Source of the DNA: Octopus sinensis
Taxonomy: Eukaryota
Length of the DNA: 64,000 bases
Direction of reading: 5' to 3'
Assembly: GCF_006345805.1 (NCBI RefSeq)
Contig: NC_043012.1
Location: forward strand, 26,040,001-26,104,000
Numbering within the stretch: the stretch's first letter is position 1; every line of letters starts with the position of its first letter. The position numbers and the translations under genes are program-made. The notes beneath the pieces were generated by a model. The model was not told the origin of the DNA. It saw only the letters and a program-made list of their open reading frames with translations, and did not search any database. Shown piece after piece: positions 27,215-42,302 of this stretch.

Positions 27215-27599
27215 GGGAAGCACTCCGTCGGTTACGACGACGAGGGTTCCGGTTGATCCGAATCAACGGAACAGCCTGTTCGTGAAATTAACGTGTAAGT
27301 GGCTGAGCACTCCACAGACACGTGTACCCTTAACGTAGTTCTCGGGGATATTCAGCGTGACACAGAGAGTGACAAGGCCGGCTCTTTGAAATACAGGTAC
27401 AACAGAAACAGGAAGTAAGAGTGAGAGAAAGTTGTGGTGAAAGAGTATAGCAGGGATCACCACCATCCCCTGCCGGAGCCTCGTGGAGCTTTAGGTGTTT
27501 TCGCTTAATAAACACTCACAACGCCCGGTCTGGGAATCGAAACCGCGATCCTATGACCGCGAGTCCGCTGCCCTAACCACTGGGCCATTGAGCCTCCAC
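27215..27599 (-). mobile_element. tRNA-derived SINE, head H1 plus body B1 plus tail T1, full length with TSD
   Basis: gtggaggc..caatggcccagtggttagggcagcggactc head; tgttttttcgt is duplicated at 27204-27214 and 27600-27610. Confidence 0.92.
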
Positions 27600-28281
27600 T
27601 GTTTTTTCGTATCAACCCACTGACTGGATACTGGTCCTTTATCTCGCGATAAAACAATATACTGGTACGATTAACATGGAATAGCAGCCAAATCTATCAC
27701 ATATCACGAATAGTTACCTTCAAATTAAGGACACATCATTTAGATTGGAATGTATTTAGTCATCGTTCTCTATAAGTTAAGTCACAGCAACTGTATCTGA
27801 AACAGCAATAACAATACTCATAAATAAAGAGGAACCAGTTGTTAATGCGACACCTTGCTACAGAAATACTTGATCTTCCATATATTCTCTGGTGGTGTTG
27901 TTGTATTCATACCGCATGGTATGGGTCTATCATCAAGAAAAGATGCTAATCTTGAAAGGACCACGTTCTAATTTGATTACTAATTTGCTGTAAGTAAAAT
28001 AGAAAGCAGCTCCGAAATCAACAAATCACCTGATTGTTAATTAATTATTATGTTACTGCTTCGACTGCTGATGACAAATACAGCTGCTGTTTCTACTGCT
28101 ACTTTCCTTAGTATTGTTATTTCGAGGGGGCGCTGTTGCTATTTCAGAGGAGAATTGCGGTGTTAAATATCCAGTCTTTCTGAAGATAAACTCCCAGCTG
28201 ACGAGTCGATGCAAGCACGTGACGCATCTTTGGAAGATAGTATGGGGATTTTTAAAAAATGAGTAGAAAAGTTGCTTTATA

Positions 28282-28550
28282 GGCACAGGAGCAACCGTGC
28301 AGTAGGTAGCGTGCTTACCAACTACATGGTTCCGGGTTCAATCCCACTGCGTGATATCTTGGGCTAGTATCTGCTACTATAGCTTCGGATCGACCAAAGC
28401 ATTTTGAGTGAACTTGGTTCAGGGAAACTGAAAGAAGACCGTCGTATATATATATATATGCATATGTTTGCGCTTTTGTGTTTGTCACACCCACCATCGC
28501 TTGAGAACAGGTGTCGGTTTGTTTCCGTCCCCGTCATCTACCAATCCACC
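28282..28550 (+). mobile_element. SINE family A, diverged and truncated
   Basis: aggcacaggagcaaccgtg...ccaactacatggttccgggttcaatccc...aaactgaaagaagacc. Confidence 0.8.
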
Positions 28551-28903
28551 GAGACAATATTGCGATATACATTGAAAACTGTATATGTCCTTGCAGAAAT
28601 GCACCAAATGAACATACATGCATGCATACATACGTACATACATACATACATATGCACACGTGCGCACATACAATGGTAGTTTATACAGATACATGTATGT
28701 GTAATACAATTGTAATACATACATACATAGTTATACATACATACAATGTATGGGTAAAGCAACTTCATCTAGGAAGAGTATAGTACACGAGAAGAAACGG
28801 TGAACCATGAAATTCGATTCTAGCATAAAAAACGTGTGCTTGTATGCTCATGTGTGTCTGTGTGTGTGTGTGTGTGTGTGATTACATGTGTGTGTGCAAG
28901 TAC

Positions 28904-28938
<35 letters not shown>

Positions 28939-29156
28939 TGTGTGTGAGTATGTGTATGTGTTTGCGAATAGCGATAAATAAATCGTAAATATACTCCGAC
29001 AAAGAAAATATATTTTTCGATAAATGAAAATATATAATTCGGAAAGAATATCATATCAGAAAATAATAATGAAAAGTGAAATGCATGAAGAAATAAATGA
29101 TATATGACAAATATACAATAAGATTTAATGGTATATATATATTTATATGTATATAT

Positions 29157-29193
<37 letters not shown>

Positions 29194-29252
29194 CGTACAT
29201 ACATATATATATACATATATTTATATACATACATAATAATATATATCATATA

Positions 29253-29284
<32 letters not shown>

Positions 29285-30465
29285 GTAGATATATACATAC
29301 ATGTATACATACATATATACATGTATATAATATATATATGTATAATATATATGTTTATATATATATATATATACATATATATGTATATGTATATATGTGT
29401 ATATATGTATACATGTCGGTATACATCTACTTCTACATATATGTATATACAGATATATATTTAGATACAGTTGTTGTTATGCATGTGGGTGTGTTTATAT
29501 ATATATATATATATACGTGCATGTGTAGAAAAATCAAACACTACATCGACCAACCATTCTAAGTTTTCAACAATTGAGAATACTGGATATATAAATATTG
29601 TTGTGGTGATGGGTGGCGGGTGTAAGGGAGACAAATATATATACATATATATATATATGTACAACAAACGACGCAAATGGAGATATGCTGCACGGATGCA
29701 CACAAACAGAGATATACGTTTGCAATCACTCATACACGCAGATATACATATATACAAAACCACGTATGCATATATACATTTATATGTGTGTATATGTATG
29801 TGTGTTTGTGTGTAAAAACCTATTCGTAAATATAGAAACATTTATATAAGTATGTACATATGTGTATGCGTCGGTGTACGTAAAAGTATTTAAATGTATA
29901 TTCGTATATATAGTCATATAAACACGTGTCTGTGCGTCTATGACCGTACGTAATACATATATGCGCACATCCTTCCATACATACATGCAGGCATACGTTC
30001 GTGTGATTTTAATGGGAAAATGCGTGATTTCGACGTGACTGACAGTGTGTGTCTATGTGTGTGTGTGAGAGCAAGTATGTAGGAATATTATACATATAGA
30101 AGTGAGTATATGTATGTATGTATCCATATGTGCTTATATAGGCGCACCCATACAATAACGCTTGCATACAACAGTCATACAAACCACTCATACATCTGGA
30201 CAAAACATAAGAGAAGGCAAGATTATTGAATCAGGAACCATTGTCAGTCCATTTTGTTTTTTTGTCTTCTTAATGTTGCTGTTGTTGTTGTTGTTGTTAT
30301 TGTTGTCGTAGTTATTGTTGTTTATATAAAACGTACAATATTGTTAATGGACTTACACAATGCCAAAAGGCAGGATACAGCAGAGTGCAACATGTGTACT
30401 TAGAGGTGTCAAACGATATACTTACGTATACACATACACATATATGTATACATACATATATATAT

Positions 30466-30512
<47 letters not shown>

Positions 30513-30601
30513 GTGTATATGTACATACACACACACACATATATATATGTATATACATATATATATTACATATATATATATATATGTATGTATATATATG
30601 T

Positions 30602-30633
<32 letters not shown>

Positions 30634-30804
30634 GTATATTTTCACATACATATATACACATACACACTCGTATATAGATATTGTTATATGTTTCCAGTTG
30701 TGCATAAACAAACTACGATATACACATATACCTTACATATATATTCATGCACAATCGCACACAGACACACAGACACATACACATATATACATATACATAT
30801 ATGC

Positions 30805-30838
<34 letters not shown>

Positions 30839-30908
30839 GTGTATGTATGAATGTATATGTATATATATGTATATTTGTTTTGTATATATATATATATATA
30901 TGTGAGTG

Positions 30909-30940
<32 letters not shown>

Positions 30941-31019
30941 TGCTCAAATACTCTTCAACTTGCAGGCAATATGTTGAATTTCACAAGGTTGCTTTCTCTT
31001 GTGTTTTCTTTATTTTCTC

Positions 31020-31060
<41 letters not shown>

Positions 31061-31446
31061 TTTTGTTGTAATTCTTTCTTTTTTCACTGAAAATATCGGA
31101 ATACATAACATCGCGTTGGACACCGGTGTGTGACGTTGCGTATACAGATAGTTGAAGCTGTCAGCAGATGAGAAGGTAACTCAACGCTAACCTGATTCTT
31201 TTGAGATGGTTAATTTTTGTGAAGAATCGATATATGCGTGTTGGAAGTGTTTTAAGGGTGTAGGTGCGTGTTCGAATTGTGTAACGTGTGTGCTTGTTTG
31301 TGAGTAGGTTTTGGTGCGTGTATTTGTACGTACACATTTATATACTTATGTAATTATGTGTATGTTTATTTGTACGAGTGTGTGTACGAGTGTTTGTTGT
31401 TTTTATCCTAATGTAATAATATACGTATGTATTAACGTATATATTG

Positions 31447-31482
<36 letters not shown>

Positions 31483-31654
31483 GCACATATATACACATAC
31501 AGGTAATGTATGCATATACATTTACACATAGAAATATGTATATATATATTATATATAATATATATATATATATACACCCTTTTTCTAATTCATACATACA
31601 TACATACATATATATATATATGTGTATATAATATATATATATTATATATACTAC

Positions 31655-31865
31655 GGCACTCCTTCGGTTATAATTACGAGGGCTCTAGTTGGGTCAATCT
31701 ACGAACAGCCGGCTCGTGAAGTTAACGTCACATGTGCCCTTAACGTAGTTCTCGGGGAGATTTCTGCGTGACACAGATCTTGTCAAGGCCGGCCCTTTGA
31801 AATACAGGTACAACAGAAACAGAAAGAACGAGTGAGAGAAAGTTGTGGTGAAAGAGTACAACAGA
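31655..31865 (-). mobile_element. SINE tail T1 plus part of body B1 (5'-truncated)
   Basis: Matches 27220-27445. Confidence 0.8.
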
Positions 31866-32239
31866 TTTTTTTAATTATCATTTAATCCCCGTTACACAAG
31901 TTTTATTTGTCAATAGGAATCACAATGTCATAGATGTTGGCGAAACTTTAAAATGTTTCCTTTTAGAAATTCTTTAGACAAAGAATCAAATAATGCCTTT
32001 TATATGATTCTCTGTCTGAAGAATGTTTAATTGATTTCTTACAGGTTTCTCCAAGCTGTTCAATTTTCTGATTCCTATTTGCAATTGAAACATGTGTAAT
32101 GATAAATAAATACCAAAGGAAATTTGCAGCACCCGTGTATGTCATGTACTAAGTCCACAAACTATATTTCCAGAATTTCCAACTCTAACACATACTGAAT
32201 AGAAGTACTGGAATAAGCAGATATGCCTACAGGAGACAC

Positions 32240-32536
32240 AGCTTGGATTTTCAAAACTGTGAAAAACCACCTATGAATTTATGTTTTACTATGGCAGCAT
32301 CCTCGGAGGCTGCTTCAACCAACATTTTCCCCAGCAGAAAACTGAATTTCTCGGAAGCACGTTGCTCCTTCGTTTCAGCCAAAGCAAACATCGACGAACA
32401 GGAGAGAAGCACCGCAAAGCAGAGATACCGCATCACTGCTACATCTAGCGGGTTCTAGCGGTGGGCGCTTGAACTGCAACGGGCTTATCTTGTCCCACTG
32501 AGAATGTTTCCGGTTACTTTTGGGTACCTCCTCGTA
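32240..32536 (-). mobile_element. mariner 5' fragment (TIR plus transposase N-terminus)
   Basis: TIR-like tacgaggaggtacccaaaagtaaccggaa; ETKEQRASEKFSFLLGK...FIGGFSQF resembles the mariner N-terminal EQR...KFCFLLGK...WFSRFK. Confidence 0.72.
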
Positions 32537-32716
32537 AATATATATATGTATATATATATAAACATATATATATTAAGAGAGAGAAGGAGTGAGAGGGTGT
32601 AAGGGAGGGAGAGAATGGGACATAGATAAATAGATGTATGCAGCACCTGTCTACCAAATTCCCTACACATATACATATATATGCACATGCATATATTATA
32701 ATATATAATATATATA

Positions 32717-32758
<42 letters not shown>

Positions 32759-33040
32759 AATTAACAGGGAGCAGATGTCTTTGACTTCGCCAGGTATGTT
32801 GGTCGTTTATTTATTGGTCGTTTTTTTATTTATTATGATGCGTTCAGAATCAGTTCTACTGATGAACATAGACGTATTTGATGCGTTAAGTGTGAAATCA
32901 CAGGTGATATAGAACTAAATTCAGTTTTTTAAATGTATTGCTTCGAAAACTGCATTAGGTACGATTAGTTAAATTTTGGTAGTAATGACTTATGTCCCCC
33001 TTAGCTTGAGGCATTTATGTGTAATAATGCCCTCTTTATA

Positions 33041-33119
<79 letters not shown>

Positions 33120-33577
33120 TGAATGCCTATGTTCATCCATTGAAAAACCAAGGCATCAGTATATTCCCTCCACCAACCACGGTCAGGTATAATGACGTGA
33201 ATTTGAGCTTGAGATCACATTGGTTTGATGAGCGTAATCTACCGTCCTAGCTCGACATAGTTTGGCAGAAGGGTGCAGATTTTTAGACGCTTACCTAGGA
33301 GTATTTCAGAGTTCATATGGTAATTGTTTTATCGATCACCTAAGCGATGAGAGGCAAAGTCAACGTCACCGTACTTTGAACATAGAACGTAAAGACGGAC
33401 GAAATAATGCTAAGCATTTCGTTCGGTATGCTAACGATTCTGTTAGCTCACCACCTTACATACACACATATATACATACATATATGCTTGCATACATACA
33501 TACGTAATCACACATACATACACACATATATACATACATGCATACATGCAGATATATATTATATATGTATGTATGTA

Positions 33578-33626
<49 letters not shown>

Positions 33627-33796
33627 ATTAGAAAAATACCTCTTATCAATTCAAAATGAACAATTAAATTACACCATCTAGAAAATTACATATAATAGAA
33701 ATATTAAAATTAAAATAACAATAAAATGCCAATGATTAAGTAAATTCCAAATATAGTAATAAAAACGTGTATAATTGGTAGAATAACTATTATTAA

Positions 33797-33853
<57 letters not shown>

Positions 33854-34286
33854 CATACATATATATATATGTGTGTGTGTATGTATATATCTGCTTGCAT
33901 GTATGTATGCACGAATGTATATATGCATGTATTTGTCTGCATGTATTTGTATCTTTGTAACTTTCTGTCTGTCGATTTACAACGATTTTAGTTGGTTTAT
34001 GTTCAACCACCTTGACCGTCAGCAAAAGACATCGACAGATTAAGTACAAGACTTTCGAATATTTAGACACCGGGAGCGATGGGTCTGAGAAAATCATTTC
34101 GAAACGCTGCCACTGCATGGCCGCAGTCCAGTGACTGAACCGAGTCAGAGAAATAGGATAAATGCTGTAAGCAAAATCTCATACGATATACGTATGTAAT
34201 ACACACAAAAGCACTCACACACACACACATAGCACACACACACGTAACGCACACATACACACATACAAGCACTCATATGTCCATAT

Positions 34287-34319
<33 letters not shown>

Positions 34320-34327
34320 ACACACAC

Positions 34328-34358
<31 letters not shown>

Positions 34359-35349
34359 GCTGAACAGAGACAGATATGGAATAGGAAGAGAGAGGAGAGA
34401 ATTAGAATTTGAATTAAGCAACTGTCGTATTATTGAAGGAAAGCTATGAAATTTCACTACTGTCTTGTCTCAGCAATAAATATTATCGTACATGTCTCTA
34501 ACACTCCTAGTTGAATCTTTTAATTCATTTCACTCGAAATCTTTCTCGGTTCACTCCTAAACCGTTAATATGTGTCAACGACTTCAAAGATTTTAGTTTG
34601 ACATGTTGCAAACTCTTAAATGAATTTCCTACTAAAGTAGATGAAATATGTTAATAAAGTTTGCTATCGTCTCCAAGTGAGAAAATAACAACTGTACAAG
34701 AAGAGTATCAATGACCTTTAACAAGTTTTATTAGCGCCAACAATAGCGGAAACCTGTCGTAATTTAGTACAGAAAAGCTCAAGGTGGAGATAACCCTATT
34801 GCGATAATCATGGCGGATGTCGGATATGTTGTTAATTGCTATCAGTTACCATCAAATTACTTTATGAAAGTGAATAGGTTATTCTATGTTTTCTGTTATA
34901 TGTATTATGGTAGTATTTTTTCTTGTTTTATTTCTCGTAGACATGGCATTGTTTCTGCGAGGAAGACACTCGATTTACGACTTTTAAATGTCATAGACTG
35001 CTTATCTATAAAGACAGAACAACTAGAGGTTACTTTTAGAATGTAATAGTTAATCACTCTATTGACCAGACAATCAGTTCATGTAGAACATTGCAGCATT
35101 GTTGTAAGTTTTGAATGTAGGTACCCTACTTGCTAGGTGGGCAGGACATCATCTAGCTACCGTACCCTGAGCGAGGTGCCTATTTGCCGCAGTGCTATCC
35201 ATTCACATCTGACTGAACCGCAGCAAAGTGAAATGAGGCGGTTTGATCTAGAGCACAACAGACTGCCGACCTGGAAGAACAAACCACGGTCTTGTGATCG
35301 TGAATACAACTCCCTGAGAATTAGGCCATGTAAATTCATATATTAAGGC

Positions 35350-35540
35350 TCTGAGATGGTAGAATCGTCAGTACGACGGACAAAATATTTAACGGCATTT
35401 CGTCTGTCTTTACGTTCTGAGTTCAAATTCCTCAGAGGTCGAGTTTGCTTTTGAAACTTTCGGATCCGATAAATTAAGTACCAGTTGATAATTAAGTACC
35501 CCAGAAATTGCCGGATCTGTGGAAACATTTGAAACCTATA
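35350..35540 (+). mobile_element. SINE family B, diverged
   Basis: cggcatttcgtctgtctttacgttctgagttcaaattcc...gataaattaagtaccag. Confidence 0.8.
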
Positions 35541-35944
35541 AATATTTCACAAAATAAAATAAATCTGAAGAAAGGAAATTATATTTCAAATATTATTTAA
35601 GAGCTTGTTTCGCACAACACCAGTTCTCCAATTTGCATCATTTTGGAAATATGTGTTTCTCTGTGAAAATGACTGAATCGTGTGATCGCTCGGAGATCTA
35701 GACTTAGGAGCTGAATGTTCCTCAAGTCAAATTATTTGGTCTTGGAAGAGATATACCAAAGCCTTGTTCGGTAACATAGACCAGGATATAGTTTATCTGG
35801 ATATAACACGTACTGGGTAAAAGTTTATTTTGAATTTAAACGACGACCGTGGTAATAACGAGGAAAAAAGTTACATCTGTAAGTAGAGGAAGCATCAGAG
35901 ATCCACATATAGTAGTTTAATATGAAGGCAGATGTGTGTTCGTA

Positions 35945-36260
35945 AGAGGCCGAGTGGCTGAATGGTAAGGGGTATTTGGTTGTAAGTTCGGTATCAGGCG
36001 ATATCTTTGTCCTTGAGCAAGACATTTTATTTCATGTTGCTCCACTTCACCAAAAGCTGGCAAAAGATGTGTAGTACCTGTATTTCAAAAGGCCAGTCTT
36101 TTCGCATTCTGTGTGCCGCTGAATGTCTCTGGGTTCTATGTTAAGTGTATAAGTATCTGTGAAGTGCTTAGCCACTTGCATGTTAATTTCACGAGCAGGA
36201 TGTCTCGTTGTTCGGATCAACTGGAGCGCTTGTCGTCGTATCCGACAGAGTGCCAGTTGT
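35945..36260 (+). mobile_element. SINE head plus core2 plus tail T1, degenerate
   Basis: gtccttgagcaagacattttatttcatgttgctcc core followed by the acctgtatttcaaa...gtcgtcgtatccgacagagtgcc tail. Confidence 0.78.
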
Positions 36261-36824
36261 ATGATCGGATTTAAAGAGAAGCTTATGTTAAAGACACTCC
36301 CCACCTAATCATCCCATCGATGTCCGTAGCATTTAGGGCTAGTGTTTCATTCTAATTATGAACTGACTGCGATTATATTGGGTACAACACATGGAATCAG
36401 AACCCACAACCTTTCTTCATTGAAAGTAAAATACAGGGGTGATAAATAGCTTTCATTAGGAGAACTAATCACGGATGATAATATTTATGTGATTAATAAT
36501 TCACCCAATGGTTACAGTATTAAGCTAAAGACCATGACGTCATAGTTTCGTTTTGTGTTCCTAGGCATAAGTACTCTCCGTTCAACGAGGTACGTCATTT
36601 CCCGCTGTTGCAGTCCATTACGCTGCAAGCTATTAAGACCTGACAGCTGGCACAGAGGTTTCTCACGTCCGGTTTCGCTGTGTCCATCATCTGCCAGTTT
36701 AATGCAGGGACATAAAAAAACCGACACCAGTTGACGAGTGGTTGGCGTGAGACTAGTAGGCACTGGCACGCACTCATACGTACTAATGATGTATATATAT
36801 ATAATATTATGTATATATATATAG

Positions 36825-36874
<50 letters not shown>

Positions 36875-37323
36875 TATATAACATACATACATATACATAT
36901 TTTATTGAAAAGCAGCAAAAATATCACAAAAACTGTTACTCAGAGTTTCGCGTTCCCGTTTGTCCAGGAATCGAAACCACAATCTTACGATCATGATGCT
37001 GACACCCTAACCACTAAGCCACGCGCCTCCACACAGACACACACACACATATGCATATACATGCACGCACACAAATATATATGCGCATGCACAAACACAC
37101 ACACATACATATATATATATACATGCACACATACATATATATGCATATACTGAGACATGTCTCTATTCATGTTTATATAGGTTATTCTTGAGTGTTGTAG
37201 TTGTATATGATTATGCATACATAGTCAATTATATACACCCATATATATATATGCATGTGTTTGTACATGTACATATATAACAAGACATATAGAAGTAAAA
37301 ATATCCATATATTAAATATACAT

Positions 37324-37367
<44 letters not shown>

Positions 37368-37800
37368 CTAGCTATCTACCTATATATATATATACACAAA
37401 TATACAAATATATATATATACATACACAAATATATGCATGCGTGCAACACCATATCTTTGTACATGTATGTATATCTGGGAATAAAAGAGGCAGATGAAA
37501 GAGCGAAATCGAGAAATCAATAAGCAAATATGTAAAGCACATTCAAGATAGAAAAGACATCATATTTTGGTCTGGTGATAACTTAATATGAATGAGAGTT
37601 ATATCTGTTAAGATAACCGCCCGAGTGAGGATGGGTCACGCTCTTTCTTTCTCTGCGACAAGCCGGGTTTTTTTTTCTCTTCTCACAACACCGCCATATT
37701 TTTTTTCCATGTTTGTTTCTTTCTTGGGTTAGTGGGGGAGCGTGGGTGCTGCCGCAAAGTGTTTCTCTGTAGGTTTGGTGTCGTGTGTGTGTGTGTGTGT

Positions 37801-37845
<45 letters not shown>

Positions 37846-38091
37846 TGTGTGTGTGTGTATGTTTATGTGTGTGGCTGTCTTTTTTTTCCTTTTCTCTCCT
37901 CCGATGTCTGTCCGTTTCTTTCTCTCTTTTGCTTTTCTATTCCTCGTAACACATTAACTTATAACGCAAATTATACCCACATGTATACATATACACGCCT
38001 ATAGGTATTTGTTGATTATGTATCGATACGTTTATGAATGCATTTCCGTATATATTACGTGTATGTGGGGCGTGTTTGTGCGTAAGCGTAC

Positions 38092-38124
<33 letters not shown>

Positions 38125-38167
38125 AATATTATAATAATATATATATATATAATATATATATATATAT

Positions 38168-38223
<56 letters not shown>

Positions 38224-38229
38224 TAATAT

Positions 38230-38263
<34 letters not shown>

Positions 38264-38527
38264 GTATAACTGTATATATATGCATATATATATATGGATA
38301 TTATCTTTCCATACATATATACACACATTTATATATACGTGTGTAGTTGTGGTCATACTTTTACATGCGAATATATATAGTACGCATGTACATACATATA
38401 TACGCAGACACTATGTATATACGTATGTATATACTTATACAACTGTACATATATATATATATTATATATATATATATATATACATATATATATAATATAT
38501 ATGTATATATACATACATATATATATA

Positions 38528-38571
<44 letters not shown>

Positions 38572-39301
38572 CTTGTATACATGTGTGTTGTTGTTGGTGT
38601 GGAGTGGGGGGCGTCCCTTCGTGTGCGTGTGTATGTGTGAGCGCCCGTGCGTATTTCCTTGTGTGTTTCTCCATTTGTCTGTGGTAATATATATATTACT
38701 ACATATAGCGGAATGAACAAGCAGTTTCTTTTGAAATAACGAGATCCCATGTTCGAATATTTGTTCCTACGCGGCCTTTTTGTTCATTAAGACGTGGAGA
38801 GCATTCAGCATACAACAAGAACTCTGAACTTATAAAGCTTCATCTCTGCGACCTTTGCCCACCTACAAAATTATTTATTCAGTTATCAGTTTTATATGTT
38901 GATTTTATACACATCAAAATCGGTAGAACATCAGACAGTACCTGTTGCGGCATTTTGGTTATATATCTTTGCGTTCGAATTTAAATATCCTGTCTTGTAC
39001 AGCTCTGTAGCTTTTTATACTGATGTCCCTGAAATATGACAAGAAAAATGCTCTTTGAAAAATATATCGCTAAAGTTTGCTCAAGCGTGGCCAGTGACTA
39101 AGGACTCAACCGCTCAAACGAAAATTAATATCACGCTTGTATGACTTTTGCTTCCTGCCACCCTTGGATAATCGTTTCAAAATCTTTAAATATTAGTCTT
39201 GTTAATTTGGCGATCTCTACCTTCCCCTGGGGTTCATTTATGCTTACAATTATGGTTAGCATTATTTAACACAGTCTTCGCATACATAATGAAATATTAA
39301 A

Positions 39302-39632
39302 GACCCCCTTCGGTCATGAACGAACATGGGATTGCGTCTAGAAAGTTACCCTCCGAGGCACAAGTCCGGGTCAGGTTGTCCATGGAAGACCAGCAGTCAG
39401 CCACGCATACCAGCTTTTCCTCACCATGCCACCGATGTTATCCAAGGGAAACGCAAAGGCCGATACAGCTTGGCACCAGTGATGCGCAACTCATTTCTAC
39501 AGCTGAGTAAACTGGAGCAACGTGAAAGAAAGTGTCTTGCTCAAGAACACAACACACCCCAGTCCGGGAATCGAACATGCTATCTCATGAATGTGGGCCC
39601 GACGCTCTCACCACTGAGCCATGCGCCTTCAC
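39302..39632 (-). mobile_element. tRNA-derived SINE, head H2 plus core2 plus tail T3
   Basis: Full length; matches 25148-25482. Confidence 0.9.
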
Positions 39633-40049
39633 TTCGCTTATATAATGAATCTCTAAAAAGGATAATATGACATTTTAAACCGAGTGACCATTTTAACATC
39701 AAATAAACAAATATTCCATAGCTTCGAAAGCTCTCTTGTGGGAGGTGAAGGGTGTTAAATTGATACGATTATTAACCATGGCTATGATCTCATTTGAACA
39801 GTTGCCAGGGAAGAAGCCCAAGGATTTATCATGTGCTGCATCAACTAAAAACATCAAACAACTGCTTTCGTGAGAACATTGACACGCAGAAACTCTGTGG
39901 AAGCGAAACGGGTGAAAAAATTCACTTGAACGAACGATAGCATTGCACAATATAAAAGAAATTGAGGAATATGGTGATCACGAAACGCAAGCTGACAAAC
40001 AGGATCAAGCTGAACGAAGCTGTTCGATCGAGAGAGTAGAACCCGAATA

Positions 40050-40700
40050 AATGGCTAGGAAGAGATTTTATATCTCACCCTCAGATCGGAGCAACGTTGA
40101 CAATATTAAGACAATCAATAAGGAATCGCTGATGAAGATTAATATACTAGGGTTTTCAGAAATGAACCCAGATGAACTCCTGCTTAGAATACCTTTGATG
40201 TTGACAGTCTACCAGGTTCCAGGTGGTAAGTGTAGAAGGACTTGGTTGGACTAGAAGGAAAGATAAACAAATAAATCCGATAGAGTTCGGGTATCACATG
40301 TTTTAATTCAGTAAGGCTGTACATAAGATGAGAGCAGGCCGAACTTCCTGGAAGATGTAGTAGAAGTATTGAAGATAGAACTAATGATATTCAAGGTCTC
40401 TCAGGATGCGTGTGTGAGACATGAGGGACCACTACAAAATTGGGACACAAGCTGACAGATAGATAACACGTGAGTTGGACAGCCTGAAAATATATTGAAA
40501 TTGGGACATCATTACAATGACATGCGAAGGTCGGCGGAATCTCCGTTCCGTCCACTTGCAGCAATGAGGGAAGACAGATACTAAAGAAAAGGAAGCTATA
40601 ATTGAAACAGAACTAAAAGAGGAAGAATAACAAGGTGCTTCGAGGGAATTTGCATCAAATGGGAGTTTCCCGAGTAGGAGATCAAGTGAACAAATTTGTG
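40050..40700 (+). mobile_element. possible RTE-like LINE AP-endonuclease remnant, very decayed
   Basis: NVDNIKTINKESLMKINILGFSEM resembles the APE motif ...NILG(L/I)SE(V)RW; SDRV follows downstream; many stops. Confidence 0.4.
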
Positions 40701-40988
40701 GGGAGGGTAACATTTCCACAACTCCTTCTTACGAATGGTGTGTTATACATTTCCAACGTAAACAAAACTGAATAGAAGATGAATCTGGAGAGAATAATTT
40801 GTATAAATAATCTGGAAGGAGGGTTATTTTAGCGCACAGCCTTTCAGGATATAAAGCAACACCTGAATCTAAAGCTGGGTATGGAGCATGAGAGGGCTAG
40901 TAAGATAGTAGCCGGGAGAAAAATGAATAAAAATTTGAAAATACGTAATATATATATATATGTATATATATGTAGAGAGAGAGAGAGT

Positions 40989-41029
<41 letters not shown>

Positions 41030-41290
41030 GCAGAGACAGACAGACAGACAGATAGACGGACACTTTGGGTTCAGTTCCACTGCTTGGTACCTTACATTAC
41101 ATTCTCAAGCCCATAGAAAACTTGTGAGTGGATTTGAAACGTCCCCAGGACTTAACTTTTAAGCTTGCTACTTATTCTGTGGGACCCTTTCACCGAACCG
41201 CTAAGTTACGAGGAGCTAAACACACCAACACAAGACACAAAGACAGACACTCACACGCGCTCACACACACACACATACACACATACATAC

Positions 41291-41331
<41 letters not shown>

Positions 41332-41949
41332 TGTTTTGGCCCACCAGATTCACTCACAAGGTTATAGAAGAAATGTCATGCAGTAGAACTGAACCCGAAA
41401 CCATGTGTTTGGGATGCAAACTTTTTACCACAGAGCCACGCCCGTGTTTTGTACCCATATATATATATATATATATTATACATATTATTTATATTGTTAT
41501 TTAAGCGATCGCCATGCATCCATTTCTAAGCAAGTTTATCTTAACCATTTTGATGCGACTCTATTCTATGCAGTTTTCTCCCCCATCCTTCTCTAATTCA
41601 CTTTTTTGCCCTTCACCATTTTCTATCTTTATCTCTCCCTCCCTCTCTCTTTCCCTCTCTCTCTTTCTCTTTCTCTCTCTCTCTCTCTCTCGTTGCTCAC
41701 ACGTGACCATCGTCCATCTTTCTTTTCCTCACGTGACCATCTTTCTTTTCCTGAACGATGTTCTAAGGACTGGACGTTTTCCTCTCTCTTCTACCTTTTC
41801 TCTTTTCAAAGAAAATATTTCTCCCACCGTTCAATATTTTCCTCTGATTCCGGTCTAACGACCCTTCCTGTTTGTTTTCGTTCAGTTTTCTTGTATGTCT
41901 CCACTGTCCTATTTTTATTCCTAACTCCTTAAATCTAAAATTTTATTTT

Positions 41950-42150
41950 GGAATTTCTGGAAGCAACTGTCTTCAAAGATTCATATTGACGTTGAATGCT
42001 CTAAATGAAGAGTAGATAGACAGCCGACAACTGATGAAGGGCCCTTTCTCTGTGTTACTTGTCCTGTTTTCCATTCGTTTCTCTCAGTGTTTGCGTATTT
42101 AACTCATTTGTTTCCGTACTTCATGTTGTTTACTCATTTGGTGATGTCCT
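41950..42150 (+). mobile_element. probable Penelope-like terminal fragment
   Basis: gacaaCTGATGAaggg...ttgtc followed by a pyrimidine-rich end running into (TA)/(CA)n. Confidence 0.45.
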
Positions 42151-42302
42151 GTACACATATATGTATATGTATAAATATATATATCTATATACATACACAA
42201 ACACCCACACACATACATACATATATACATAAACACACACACACACATACACACACACATACACACACATGCACACACACACACACAGGCACATATATAT
42301 AT

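Noticed and set aside
40208-40225. 18-nt exon-like segment with a gtaagt donor
   Set aside because: It is inside the putative RTE endonuclease remnant and has a weak polypyrimidine tract.
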